DNA of 63,019 nt, filler included, from Nemertoderma westbladi (taxonomy: Eukaryota > Animalia > Xenacoelomorpha), in NCBI GenBank assembly GCA_032718475.1. It is 3 parts of 3 records of this genome, joined end to end, with 100 filler letters (N's around TTAATTAATTAA, not from the genome) between each part and the next. Parts side by side here need not be neighbours in the genome. Positions count along the whole stretch, not along the records: positions 19,647 to 47,483 come from JAUCBJ010003588.1; positions 47,584 to 63,019 come from JAUCBJ010007502.1; 1 more part is not named here. One strand, written 5' to 3'. Below, one piece after another: positions 45,831 to 58,309 of this stretch. Both the position numbers and the translations under genes were made by a program. Within the stretch, counting starts at the first letter, position 1. Every line of letters starts with the position of its first letter. Under the pieces are notes generated by a model. The model saw only the letters and a list, made by a program, of their open reading frames with translations, was not told where the DNA came from and did not search any database.

Positions 45831-46129
45831 TTTTTGGATATAAAATGAGTGTTTTGCTACGTCATGTCGTAATCCATTATCGACAACAACCACAAACTAT
45901 TAAATTTAGCGTCTTTTACCACAGGCGCATGGAAATCTATCTCATAGTCTATAAATCATGGAATCATGGAATGTTTTGGCACAGGCATAGTGAAACCGAC
46001 TGTCCGACAGACCAGAAATCAACAAATTTTGAATGTTTTGACATAGGGATGTTGAAATCAACTGTCTGACAGTCCAGAAATCAGCAGTCTGACAGTTTGA
46101 AGAAATACATACATAAAAAGTCATTAAAA

Positions 46130-47430
46130 GGTGTAAAAGCTTTTGTGGGATAACTGATACGTTTGCCTTTGCTGGCCAGTTCCCCCCCCGACGCTGGAAT
46201 ACTCTAAAAAGGGTTTCTAACTGTATATATATTCCCCTCGCCCGCAAGGTACCTTTACAGGTGTTTTAACGGACATAAAAATCATTCTGCTATATATGTG
46301 TTTTAGCGGACATGGTAAGACAAAAACTTGTAATGCACAAACCACCTTTCACAGCTTAGCCGTGATGATTCATATTACGACATCTAGCAGCTGGTTGCTG
46401 ACATGGGAACAGCCATTGGCAGCGTGGTTCTTTGTTTGGCTTGGGCCAATCAGGGCGGTTTTTCCTGTCGACGTGTAGCTTTCCTGCCGATCATAGAGAG
46501 AGTGTTTCCTCTGACGGGAGAGAGAGAGAGAGTTGTTACTTTTGTTGTTATTGCTGTCTAAGCCAGAAACACCGGCATTTTTTGGATAGATACTGCTGTA
46601 CCGTGAACTGCAGAACTGCTTGAATTTTCGAAAGTATAAACTGTTACCGGCGGTGTCACCTGACTTAAATCATTCACTAATTCATTAATCATATTGTTTG
46701 TACTGTTATTTTACCGTCAGTTATTAATTGTAAATATTTGTTGATGGAAATATTGCTATTTGGATAATACGGATAAATCACCCAATTCCCAATTTTCTTG
46801 ATAACACTACAGGTTAGAGAGACCGGCTATATATAACAATTGCGATTTATATTAATGTGGTGTGTATTGAATCCAATGTTATTTAGCAGACCCTACGCGA
46901 GTCAATTACTGCTCTCTTTATGTGTGATCAAATATACTGACTGTCGGCAGAATAGTGTGTATGATTGTGATTGGTAACAAAGTATTTCCTAAAGAATACG
47001 TTTTATACTTTAATCAGCAGCAGTATCGTTGCGTTTAGTATAAGTCTTAGTTCTGTTTAAATAGATAAAGCGCCACGTCCTAAAGGAACTGTTAATATTT
47101 CCCGAAAGCCAATAATATCTGTCAGAGATTAATTATTAACGATCTATCGAATAATACAGTAAGTTTACACTGCAACCTTACACTGTAATAATACAATTCA
47201 AGCATCCGAATTCAGTCTCCCGGGTGTAGATCCATCGGGTGAATGATCGCGCATGGGCTGACTTCGGCTAGTGTTTTGCGTATTAGCATAAATTATTGTC
47301 GTATGCTAAAGTGGTTTTAATTAACTAAAAGACATATAAATTTTGGCAGGTTAAACTGCTAAAGGTCTTCAAAAGCGAGAACAGTAACAGTTTATAATCT
47401 TATTGCAGTAAGCAATAAGGTTGCAAGTGT
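46130..47430 (+). repeat. Long diverged repeat, inverted relative to 51570-52870
   Basis: For example, 47061 atagataaagcgccacgtcctaaaggaactgttaatat is the reverse complement of about 51867-51904; several further collinear blocks. Confidence 0.8.
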
Positions 47431-47483
47431 AGTCATTAAATACAGTTTAATACTGTTCTGACGAACAGTAACAGTTTAACTTG

Positions 47484-47583
47484 NNNNNNNNNNNNNNNNN
47501 NNNNNNNNNNNNNNNNNNNNNNNNNNNTTAATTAATTAANNNNNNNNNNNNNNNNNNNNNNNNNNNNNNNNNNNNNNNNNNNN
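47484..47583. other. Artificial contig linker (N44 TTAATTAATTAA N44)
   Basis: Same pattern as 19547-19646. Confidence 0.97.
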
Positions 47584-49431
47584 CACAGGTAGCTTAGTGC
47601 TATGTAGAGGGAATTTATAGGTAGTCTCATGGAGCACAGGTATGTCTATCACCGAAGGGGTGATTTCAAGAACAGGCCTACTTATTTCAGGCTCATCTAC
47701 TATAGTAGGGAGTCTTTCTATTTTAATTATTTGGTCTGTGGGCTCTGTACTACCTAAGTTGGTGTTATTTAGTTGCCTTCTAACAGCTGGAGGCAAATCA
47801 GGCAATTTCTGACGGTGGAATGTTCTTTTACGTCTGCTTAGACGAGATCTATTTCCTTTGCCTTCAGTATCGGTGGTATCGCCTTCCTCCGATGATGTAT
47901 ATCCCTGTCTTTTGGGAGTAGATCGACTCATCATCTGCATATTACTAGCTGTTAACTGTTTATTGAAGTTATCTTGCCTCTCTTGAAGATTTTCCAACTC
48001 TAGTTGGGTTGCCTCTTCAGATGCCCTCCGTTCTGCTTCTGCCACTGCCTCTGCTGTTTTTCTTTCAGCTTCTGCCGCTGCCACTGCTGCTGCCGCTTTC
48101 CTTTCCGCTTCGGCCTCTGCCACTGCCACTGCTGCCTTTCTTTCCGCTTCTGCCACTGCTGCTGCCGCCTTTCTTTCCGCTTCTGCCTCTGCCACTGCTG
48201 CTGCCGCCTTTCTTTCCGCTTCTGCCTCTGCCACTGCTGCTGCCACTGCCGTTGCCTTTCTATCTTCTATACGTTTTTTCTTTAATTGTTCTTCTTGGTC
48301 TCTAGCGATGCGGAGTTGTTCATCGAATTTAGCTTGGTTCGCCGCTAACCTATCCACATCAATTGCATCCAACACACGCTGGGCTCCTTCACTATTAGGG
48401 CTAAGCCCATCTAGTCTTCTCCGCAACTCTTCATCACCTACGAAACGCTGATAGTCTGACAGATAGATGTCAATGGCATCCCTCTTATGCGGTTTCTCTG
48501 CCGTCGCTTCACTTTCCACTTGGGAAAAAGTAGCGTCTGTTGATTCTCCATGGGTTGAGCGCTCCTCCAACTGAGCTTTCCACTGAGCTGCTCCTTGAAC
48601 CTGGCGACTCACCCGTTGAAACCAAGTCTTTACGGCAACTTGCAACGACGTGTCTTGTTTTCTTTTAGAAGCCTCCTCAAAGGCGGATAAGATTAGCCTA
48701 ATCCGCAGAACTCTTTCTCTAACTTGATAAAGCAGCGATCCCTGCTCTTGAGGTCCTTGAGATTGTTGAAACAGTTGTCTCTCTACTCGCTCCATAGAGC
48801 TGAAGAATCCCTGTGCGTATCCGGCTGCGGACCTCTTCCATACAGCTGGATCGATGGTTTCCTTGGCTACTCCCATCCGGTGTATGTCTTCCCAGGCAGC
48901 TTCTGATAAATCAAACGGGAGTCCGGGTCCGGGGAAGTTCCATTGCGACTCGACAATAGACTTCAGTTCTTCACTAGTGTATCCCGCATAACTATCTCTA
49001 GTTGACCGTTGACTTCTCGCCCAATCGATCTGGTGTTCTTCCACCGCGATCAATAACCCAGCAAGCACGGCTGCAGGAAGGATGAGAAGGGGATCCGTAT
49101 AAACCGCATCCGTCATCTCTGCTCCGCTCTCGGGTGTCAGCTCTACAGTATCCTCACTACTGGAGCTGCTGGGCCGCTGAGGAATAAGTTCTTGACTAGT
49201 GGGTTGTTGCTGTTCCGCTGCCTTTTGGTCCCGCTTGACCTGAGCTCGAGTGCCTATGATAGACCTACGATGTTGGACCAGCCTAGGTTCTGTTATTACT
49301 ACTGGAGGGATGACCTTCCTCACAGTGGGAGGTGAACTGGATTTACGACCAGACTGTTGTACTTCTCTATCTGAGTCGCAGATAGTTACATCTAATAAAC
49401 TGTCTGACAGATTCTGCTTAGTATCAGACAT
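47584..49431 (-). CDS. Intronless orphan ORF (>616 aa, 3' end lost in the gap) with Ala/Glu coiled-coil repeats; probably element-encoded
   Basis: ATG-initiated long ORF with balanced GC in AT-rich flanks; (AAAVAEAEAERK)n; no recognised catalytic motif. Confidence 0.6.
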
Positions 49432-50811
49432 GACTAGGTATGTGCAGTTGAATGCCTACTGCTATATTACAGTCTAAGCAAGTCTAGTAACTCAGTATGA
49501 ACTGCTAGCCTAGTAATTAATTACCGTTACTGCTACTCAATGTAGCGAGATATATATATAATATATTAGAATACCGGTATACTTATAGTATATATAACTA
49601 TATAAGTATTATTACAGACTAGGTTTATCTCCGAATACCGGTATAATTTTAGCACAAAATATATATAAATATATAATAGGCCTATCGGAATACCGGTATA
49701 CAGCTTACAGTTTATAGTATATATAATTCTGAAATAGAATTAATTACAAGTACCGGTATAATTTCAGCCTAGATTTATAGAAATAAAGATAATAGGCCTA
49801 TCGTAAATACCGGTATATCAATTGTTTCAAATAATTGAATTTCTGTTACTTTAGGGTTACTTGGTTACTTTAACTTACTTTATTACCGTTATTTAAGCAG
49901 TAATCCAACTGATATTAAGACCTAATGGTTGTATGGTAGGCCTACTATTTATAAATCTTTAGATTTGATTTATAATATATATATACCCGTTTTAATGGGT
50001 TTTGTCAATGTTTGAAATAAATGTTATTATTTCTGGGGAGTAATCACTACACAAAGCGGTGCGCTTTCAGTGAAGTGTTACTTATAGGACACTAAAACAA
50101 ATATTACTAATTTACCTAAGTTACTTATACTACAAATTACGTACAATTCGGGTTGAGATTACAATCTCTAAATAAACACAAAAATTTACAAAAACACAAA
50201 TACGAATTTTTAGGGTATTTTTACAAGAAGTCTACAAACCAGCCTAACAAAGGGTTAGAATACCGGTTATTACAACGGACAGGGTACTACGGTATTTGAA
50301 ATAATAAGTAGTAGTAAATACACTGCGTCGTCCAGATAGGAAAATACCACCGCCTGACGACCTATAGCCGTATCGCTATAGGTACTACGTTATGTATCAC
50401 GGAGTGTTCCTACCTAGAAGTTAATAGAGCTAATCGAATGTGCCTATCAACCACTTTACAACACAGATATAATGTCTACAATAATTACTTCCGGAAAGCA
50501 CTGTACACTAAACCCTAAATTAGGTACAAGTACTTGTATAACAAATAATCAGTAGTTAAATATACTTGAACAGCTAAAAGAACCACGGCATCTGCTGGAG
50601 TGACCGATGCACAAAATCACCAATCTTTACCTACGCCGAGCAGCCCGTGTAGTACCGAGGTTAATTTAACTATAGCGGTATGTATAACAAACACAATTAC
50701 TGTAGGAACAAACTTAGGGAATGAATGTTGCGGATAATCGCATAAACTCTGAATAATAAATATTACGCTACGCGTACAAACTACTCAAACAAAATACAGA
50801 CCGAACACTGA

Positions 50812-51322
50812 CAGACTACTATCAAGCCTAAACAAACTACGGTATATGCAGACTCCGAAATGGTTAGGGAGTATGCGCTCTAACCCAGTAGTGCGACTTA
50901 TTCTTTAGTTGGGGTTTACCTTACAGCGTTCGCTGCCCTTACTGCCTAACCGTACTTAATCGGACAGATGATCTACACACGCGGCAATCCGTTCAGACCT
51001 AATAACAGCCAGACAACTATCCAGCCTACAAATTATCTAAATAAAATTATACGCTACCCGTACAGACTTACACAAACAAAGTACAGACTAAACGATGGCA
51101 GACTACTCTCAAGCCTAAATAAACTACAGGACATGCAGACTCCGAAATGATTAGGGAGTATGCGCTCTAACCCAGTAGTGCGACTTATTCTTTAGTTGGG
51201 GGTTTACCTCACTGCGTTCGCTGCCCCTACTTCCTAATCGTACTTAATCGGACAGGTGATCTACACACACTGCAATCCGTTCGGACTTAACAGCAATCAG
51301 ACAACAGCTCAGCCTACAAATC
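50812..51322. repeat. Two direct copies (about 220 bp, 288-bp spacing) upstream of the orphan ORF
   Basis: cagactact..caagccta...gactccgaaatgrttagggagtatgcgctctaacccagtagtgcgac...cagcctacaaat at 50812-51033 and 51100-51322. Confidence 0.88.
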
Positions 51323-51569
51323 GTCTGTACAATCTGATCAGGTTTACACGCCTTCTGTTCAATACTGGCCTACAAACAAATAAAACTGACAGAAATAAGT
51401 AAGCTCCAAAAGAAACAAGGGGTGTACAGTCCCTAATCTCTTAAACAGCCTACCGGTATACAACAATCAAATCGAATAATACTAGTGTACTTATACGGCA
51501 GTACCGGTTCTAGCGGTTGGGCCTACTGACCTACAGGTGTACTGTTCAGGTTTACCGGTTGACCGGTAC

Positions 51570-52870
51570 TTTCAACTTTATTGCTTACTGCAATAAAGAA
51601 GCTATATCCTTTAATGTTCGCGCTTTCAGACCTTTGGCAGTTTAACCCACCAAATTAAGATGTCTTCTAGATATTAAATCGGTTTTTAGTCTATGACAAG
51701 TATTTGATTCACTACACTAGTCGAAACCAATCTGTGCGCGATCATTCACCCGCTGGATATTCCCGGGAGATTGGGTTCGACGGTTTAATTTTATTGCTAT
51801 GTAAGCCTAATGTATTATTCGACTGACAGTATTATATAATCTCTGACAATATTATTCACCTTCGGGAATATTAACAGTTCCTTTAGGACGTGGCGCTTTA
51901 TCTATATAAACAGAGTTATGACTTAAACTACTCACAACGATATGGCTTAATTATAATTCACATATATGGCGCATTCTTTAGGAATTGCTTCTTTAACAGA
52001 CTCACTCATACACAATGCTGCACAATACTGCACACTAATTTGCCAATCTTCACTGATTTTAGTCACATATAAAAGGAACACAGACTGACTCATGTAGGGT
52101 CTATCAAATAACATTAGATTCACTTCAAACCACTTTAACATAAGTCACAATCGTTTATCTGTAACCCTTCTCTCTTACCTTCGGTATATCAAGAATATTG
52201 GGTTTCGGGGTTATTTATCGTTATTCCAAATATAATTATTCATCAACCATATTATGAAGAACTGACGGTAAATAGCAGTATAAAACAACAATGAAAACAC
52301 TGATTGTTATGAGTTTGCAATGTTTCAGCATTCAGCATGTATGATCATCAGTCAGCAGTGATTCCATGTGTCAGGTAGTCGTTAGGTTAAAGGATATATG
52401 CCCTTTATAATTAAACCTACTAGTGTAAGACTAAAAAACAGTAAAGCACAAAATACTTCCAAGCCGTTCTTTCTTTGGCTCAGGACTGAATGTAAACACT
52501 GCACATAGGCATTGCGTCATTTCTCGGAAATTTTCTGTACAAGGAGCCACAAAAACGCTCTAATTGGCTGACTGAACTGAGAGACGCCGTAGAACAAAGG
52601 AAATCAACACGTATGAATGTCAGCTGTTAACCGTAGTCATAGTAACTACTGTTCAAGAGTAGCTATCACCCCTTTGCGTCACGAATTGCCATAGAATCAT
52701 AAAATATGCCTTTCACAGTACACATACGGAGGAAATATGTCTTAGATCCTCTAAAAACACCGATACAGCAATAATACGGTCTCTTACACTTATTAAATCA
52801 ACTACAGAGTATTTTAATGTAAAAGATAATAAAAATAACGGGGCAATTCAGCAAAGGCTTTTACAATCGG
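51570..52870 (-). repeat. Long diverged repeat, inverted partner of 46130-47430
   Basis: Collinear reverse-complement blocks at about 51580, 51740, 51870 and 52260; similarity is weaker beyond 52300. Confidence 0.75.
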
Positions 52871-53226
52871 TAAGGTTTTTTACTTCAGCTTGACAATTAT
52901 AGAATAAAATAATTTCCCGTACAGTTGTTACAGTAAGTGAAATTAATAAATAATTGCATAAAAAGGATATGGATTTCAATAATAGTCCTAAACATTAAAA
53001 TATTAAAGATAATAATTAAGTATTCAGAACGCCGCTAGGTTGACATATATAATGTAACAAAATTATGCAAATTATTGTGTGGAAAGTGTACTATTCAGTG
53101 CTTTTGGACATAAAAGGTATTTATAGTAACTTCCCTCGCTGCGCACGTTCGGCACATAAATACTCTCGGGTCATATCGCTGGGAAGAGCTACTTTTCACG
53201 AATTATGTAAGTATTTAATGTTTTAC

Positions 53227-54510
53227 CTAAACATCTGGTATGGTCCCGGCATTTCTGAAATTCGCTTCATCATGTAGGTTTCCATAGAATACAAAGGAAC
53301 AGTCGTTGACGGCCATTGTACTCCATGGTAACGTTGTTCTAGAATATTGTGGACAGTCCGGGCAGTGTAGCGGTAACCGTGAAGAAAGCCCCCCGCGGAG
53401 AGTTTATAGTCCAGAGAGTGAGCGATAGTCCCGATAAAGTACAACCCAGGCGTCCGAATCTGGAAGTCCTGTCCGATTTTCGGAAACTTCTCCGAGTTTG
53501 GAAACGCGTTGCCAGGGGCAACTCGAGACCCAAAGATCCTGTTATCCCATTTGAATCCGATGCAACGGATAACTTTATCAAATTCATTTACAGTAACGAC
53601 ATCAGCTTCAACAAGGTCTTTCTCCAACGAGATTTTATTGGTTTTATTGTTTACAACAAATGTTATGTCTTTAAAATCTCTTTGCGCTACAATATTTAAA
53701 GATTTTAACTGATAGAGATCAAAGAACTCAGCATTTATCGCTCGAATATCGCCTACGTAGTGGGATTGCCAAGCTAATACGGGGCGTCTCTTAGAAACCA
53801 TTGTTATAGCAGCTGCAACATCTCTGATATGATTGGCTGTCTCGAACGCGCTATTCCCCTTGCCAATAATAAGGACACGTTTGTTCCGGAACTGTGAAAC
53901 ATCCATGTCCATGTCTTCATACCCCAAGATAAATTTTTCCTTAAAACCCCCATCGTGTGGCAAAGCCCATCCAGTGGCTACAATGAATTTATTGCAAGTA
54001 TACACTCTTTGGGTTTTTGTGAAAGCAATAAATATTTCATCATTGGCTGCATTATCATCCTTAAATCTAGATACATAGGTTACCTCGGTGTTGTAATCAA
54101 TGTTCAGTTTCAAGGTATTGGCGTACTCATTGAGGTAGGTGATAAGGTGATCAGCCTGGGGAAACATTTGTTCAGTGTATTTCCCGAATACTAGGTCGTC
54201 GTTGTCACTCAGTAAACTATTCCAGTCGTGGCGCTCGTTAAATCGTTTGTTAGCTCGTCCGGTGTACAGCTTGTTAATGCTTATTAGGGTTCGATGTCTG
54301 GGGAATTTGGTGTAATAAGAGCCACTCATGTTGTTTCTTTCAATAACAATGTAATCTCTGTTGGACGATTTTAGAAAGTAGGCCAATTGCAGAACTGCAG
54401 GTCCAGCTCCAAGGATACAATAGTCGTGGTGAGTGCCATTCAACGACGCTATTTTAGCTTTATCATCAAAGTCCCTGGTATCATCTCGTATGAGCGAATC
54501 GCAAGAGATA
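53227..54510 (-). CDS. FOXRED2: FOXRED2-like FAD-dependent oxidoreductase, large N-terminal exon (native start absent, downstream exons not seen)
   Basis: DYCILGAGPAVLQLAYFL...FPRHRTLISINK...RHDWNSLLS, GKGNSAFE, HYVGDIRAIN, SAGGFLHGYRYTAR; donor ag|gtaaaa at 53226. Confidence 0.85.
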
Positions 54511-56518
54511 ATCTCCGGTTTCTTTTCTTCGTCCTCTGCGTCTACGGTGCCTGGTAACATGCACCCTGATGTCTCCGTCACCCTGGATGGAATCTTGGTT
54601 TTAACTGGGCCACTAAGCATCCATCCGAACGGCGTGAGGATCGCCGTCGGATCCCGCTGTCTGTCTTCGCCGAAGACCGTCTGCATTCTCACGTGGGCCG
54701 TCGGGCAGTTCATTCCTACTATAATGGATACCTTCCTAACGTCCACCTCTGGTATTGAGAAATCGATACTGTCCAGGAATCTATATTGTTCGACTTCAAT
54801 GTTGGTTGGTCGTCTGGCGTTGATATTTATCGATTCTATCACCTGTATGGGGTCGATCATCGCCCCATAATCGCATCCCGGTGCTATCGCTGCTATCTTG
54901 CACCGCCCCATCCTCATCTCCAGGACCTCATCCTTACTTGAGACGGTAGTTACCGCCATCCTATTCGGCCTCGTCTTTAGCCCTATCTCTTCGGCCACCC
55001 AATTCTCCACCAGCGTGAAGGCTGCTCCGCTGTCGACCAGCATTAATGTTGTGACTGATCGGCCGCCTCATCCTATTATCTTCACTGGTACTACCCCGAG
55101 TAGTACTTTCGTCTTTCTCCTTACTCCTGTCGTGCTCGTAGCCATGGTTTGGTCTCCAGTGTCATCCTCTCCTATTGCTGTTTCTCTCTGTGTCCTTCTT
55201 CCACACAACGATGACATAGTCCGTTTGCGTCTGTGTAGGCTATACGATCTTGTTTGGCCAACGCTTGCCAGTGCTTACAACTCATGGTCTTATGGGTTCT
55301 GTCCCGATGTAATTGACTTTCGAATCCTGGATTATAGCGTTCCCTGTATAGTCCTTCACGTATCGCGCGTAGGTTTATATCTACCGATTTAGTGTTTTGG
55401 TTATCTAGACTCGGCCTACTGGGTATGTTGGGATTATGTTTATTTGTGGTGTTATTTTCTTTCTGTCCCTGCCATGGTGTGGCCCTACTCCCAGCTAACT
55501 GTGGGCTTGTAGCCCCCTGTGTGGCCGCATGTGGTAGCGACTGTCTTACTCTCGGGAATGGATCTGCAGGATTGTGTTCGGGTTTAGGCCTGTTGTATTC
55601 GGTCTTTGGCGCCGTCCCCAAACTATTCTCACTATAGACTGGGTCTGTAATCAACTCTGCTTCGTAGTTGAGGAAGTTTGACATTTCCTCTAGCCCTGGC
55701 TCCGCACCTTTCTTCTCCCGGGTGGAGAAGGTGATCTTCCTTCACTTGCTCCGCAGCCAGATCGGCAGTGCCTGCACTATCGTGGTGAAGTTATTAGATG
55801 CGTTGAGTTCGTATGGCGCGTCTAGCGTCTTCAACACGATTAGCGCCTCCTCGACTTTGTTCGCAAACGTCTTTATGCTAACAGGGTTATCCTGTAGGCC
55901 ACCCGATGTTATACCCCTCAGAGTCTGCCGGATGATCTTGGCTGGGTGTCCGTTTTCATTCCCTGTCTAGCGCCCGCCATGGTGTCGTGAAGCCACCCTC
56001 GATGCCCTGGTACTGCCTCACGATGTCATACGCTGGGCCTCCTGTATATACCTGTAGATATTTTAGGCACTCCGCCTGCGTCAAGTTCTTACTTAATATC
56101 TCGTTGCTGTACATGCGCCGAAATTGCAGGTATTCTTCCGGCCTACTTCCGTCGAATCTAAATGGCTCAACTGGTGGTAACTCGATCCTGGTCTTTAGTG
56201 CATCGATTAGTGTCGCCATTCCCATTGCCTGTGCTTCCAATGGGTTCGAAGGATGCTGTACAGATTCTCCTGTTTGGTGCGGTCCGCCCGTCGGGCCTGT
56301 TGACCTTCTTTGTGTCGGATATATTATTGGGGGTAGCGGCCCCCTCCATATTTCCGTGTCGCACGACCTGTTCTCGTCCAGGGGGTTCGATGTTCTTATT
56401 CCTGTTTGAGTGTATTGTTGATATTGTAATGGGGGAATGTCACCCTGTCCCCCCCCCCCCCCCCCCCCCCACCGGTATGTTTGGTACTGGGGTTGATGTT
56501 AATATATTGGGTTCTGTG
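54511..56518 (-). mobile_element. Degenerate BEL/Pao LTR-retrotransposon gag-protease fragment
   Basis: Gag-like ELPPVEPFRFDG..EY..F and LKYLQVYTGGPA; NGLCHRC; protease LVDSGA and LTPFGWMLSGP. Frameshifted; no LTR or RT seen. Confidence 0.8.
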
Positions 56519-56770
56519 CGCTGGAATTGAAACAAAGGAACTCCAATTAATATTACATAGTTCTAGAAAGTTTGCAGAACTATCAACAAGTTTTTGATCA
56601 CTATTTGTGAGACCTTCAGATCTTAGAATAGTTGCACATTTCTTAAGCGAATACCCAAGTTTCAGAGCAAGTGATGGTATCCTATAGGTATTTGCTTCTA
56701 CAGAATACCCACACACTGCATGGACAGCTTTGACCACATTATTAAAGTGGAATGGCACTAAAAACGTTGA
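56519..56770 (-). mobile_element. Crypton-like (tyrosine-recombinase element) protein fragment
   Basis: F..VVKAV..VCGY....TYRIPSLALKLGYSLKKCA...FL.L....W...VS is a motif I recall from animal CryptonV-like proteins; isolated fragment. Confidence 0.55.
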
Positions 56771-58309
56771 CAACAATAAACGATCACTTTACCAATTTAG
56801 GGAAACCAAAACCATATGGTCAGACAGTCAGTAGTCATACTCACTAGGCCTATACTACTATAATAAAAAATATGAGGCTTTCAAGCAATAGGTACCGGTA
56901 TGCAGCGTACACAGTCCTTGCTTTCCACAAGACTGACAAGGCGGGGCCTCTGCTTCTGGTACCAGTACAGCTGTACAGTACCGCCAGTACAGCAAGTACC
57001 GGTACTTTAGCACACTGTACTGTACTGTACTGTACTGTTTACTGCTACAATGTTACTACAGTACTGTACTGCTGTAAGTCTACTGCAGGTGGAGGCCCTG
57101 AAACACTCTTCAGTCGTTAAAGAAACGCCGGAATGCAGGAATGTGGTCTGTTCTAGACTGCTTGAGGCAGGCAGTAGGCCTACAGTATTATACCGGTAGT
57201 ACGGTAGTAAGGCAGTAAGGTGTAAAAAAAGAGCAGAGACTGAGATAGGCCTAAGCAACAAAAATACAGGATTAAATAATAAAACAATAAAGAGGCAAGA
57301 AAAGTAAAAAAAGAGGCATAAAAATCTGAAAATTATATGTGATATAATCTTTGCATAAAATTAATTATGCCTATTAAATATACGACTACATTTTTTTATT
57401 TATTATGAGTCATAAACAGATTCCATCAATAATGTCGATTTGATTGCAGATTCCCAGCACCCATTTTTTTACAATTTCTTGCGCTTTGGTTAAATGTCTT
57501 AAAATAGATTTGTAGGCCTAATCGAATTGCTCAATTTTAATTTGTTCTCCTAACTGACAGGCTGAGCCTCGTGCTGCGCGAACGTGTTAGGAGAGTTCTT
57601 ATGGTAGGACAATATAAGAAGTAGGGCCTACAGTAATTACTACAGAATATTACAGAGGTGTACATTGGTGGATATGACAGGTGTCCAGTCCAGTCCATCC
57701 CACAAGTGTAAATAGTATGTTGGTAATCATGTGGGATGCAATTTGATCACCTATTAAACTCTATAAGGTATTGATTTTTATTATTGTACGCCAATGTAGG
57801 CCTACCATAGCTACCACGAGTGAGTGACAGTCGACAATGCGAGGGTCATTGAACTGTTGAACCCCCCATATTAAATTTCCGTTATTCCTGTATTCAGTAT
57901 TATTAATCTGTTAATACTGTATGAGAACTGAGAAGGATTCACTAGTTAGTTATTAATTACCGGTAAATATTATACAGTACTTTATTATATACGGTATTAC
58001 TTATAATGCCTAAAGTAATCCCTTATCGCCTTGGCATGCTCACATCCTTGAGCGAGCATGCTTTCTTTCTCCATGTCAGCATGTGTATGTGTAAGTCAGT
58101 CCAGTTATATTGGTCCTGGTAGGTACCGGTACTACAGTACTATGGCCTAGTAAAAGACAGAAAGAGTACAATGGAGTACGCCCTGCAACCTACACTAGTA
58201 CATCTGCATTACTGCTATAATTACTGAATTAATTCCGGTATTTTGTATTATTACTGTGTAGGCCTATTAGTCTCGTATCATCAGAGTATTGTGTATTGTT
58301 GTTGTGAAC

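Noticed and set aside
50340-50395. Hammerhead-like CTGACGA followed by hairpin cctatagc/gctatagg
   Set aside because: The required GAAA after stem II is absent (ggtactac) and I found no stems I/III.
54515-56476. ccggt at both sides of the BEL fragment as a TSD
   Set aside because: ccggt is very common in this window and no LTR termini are present.
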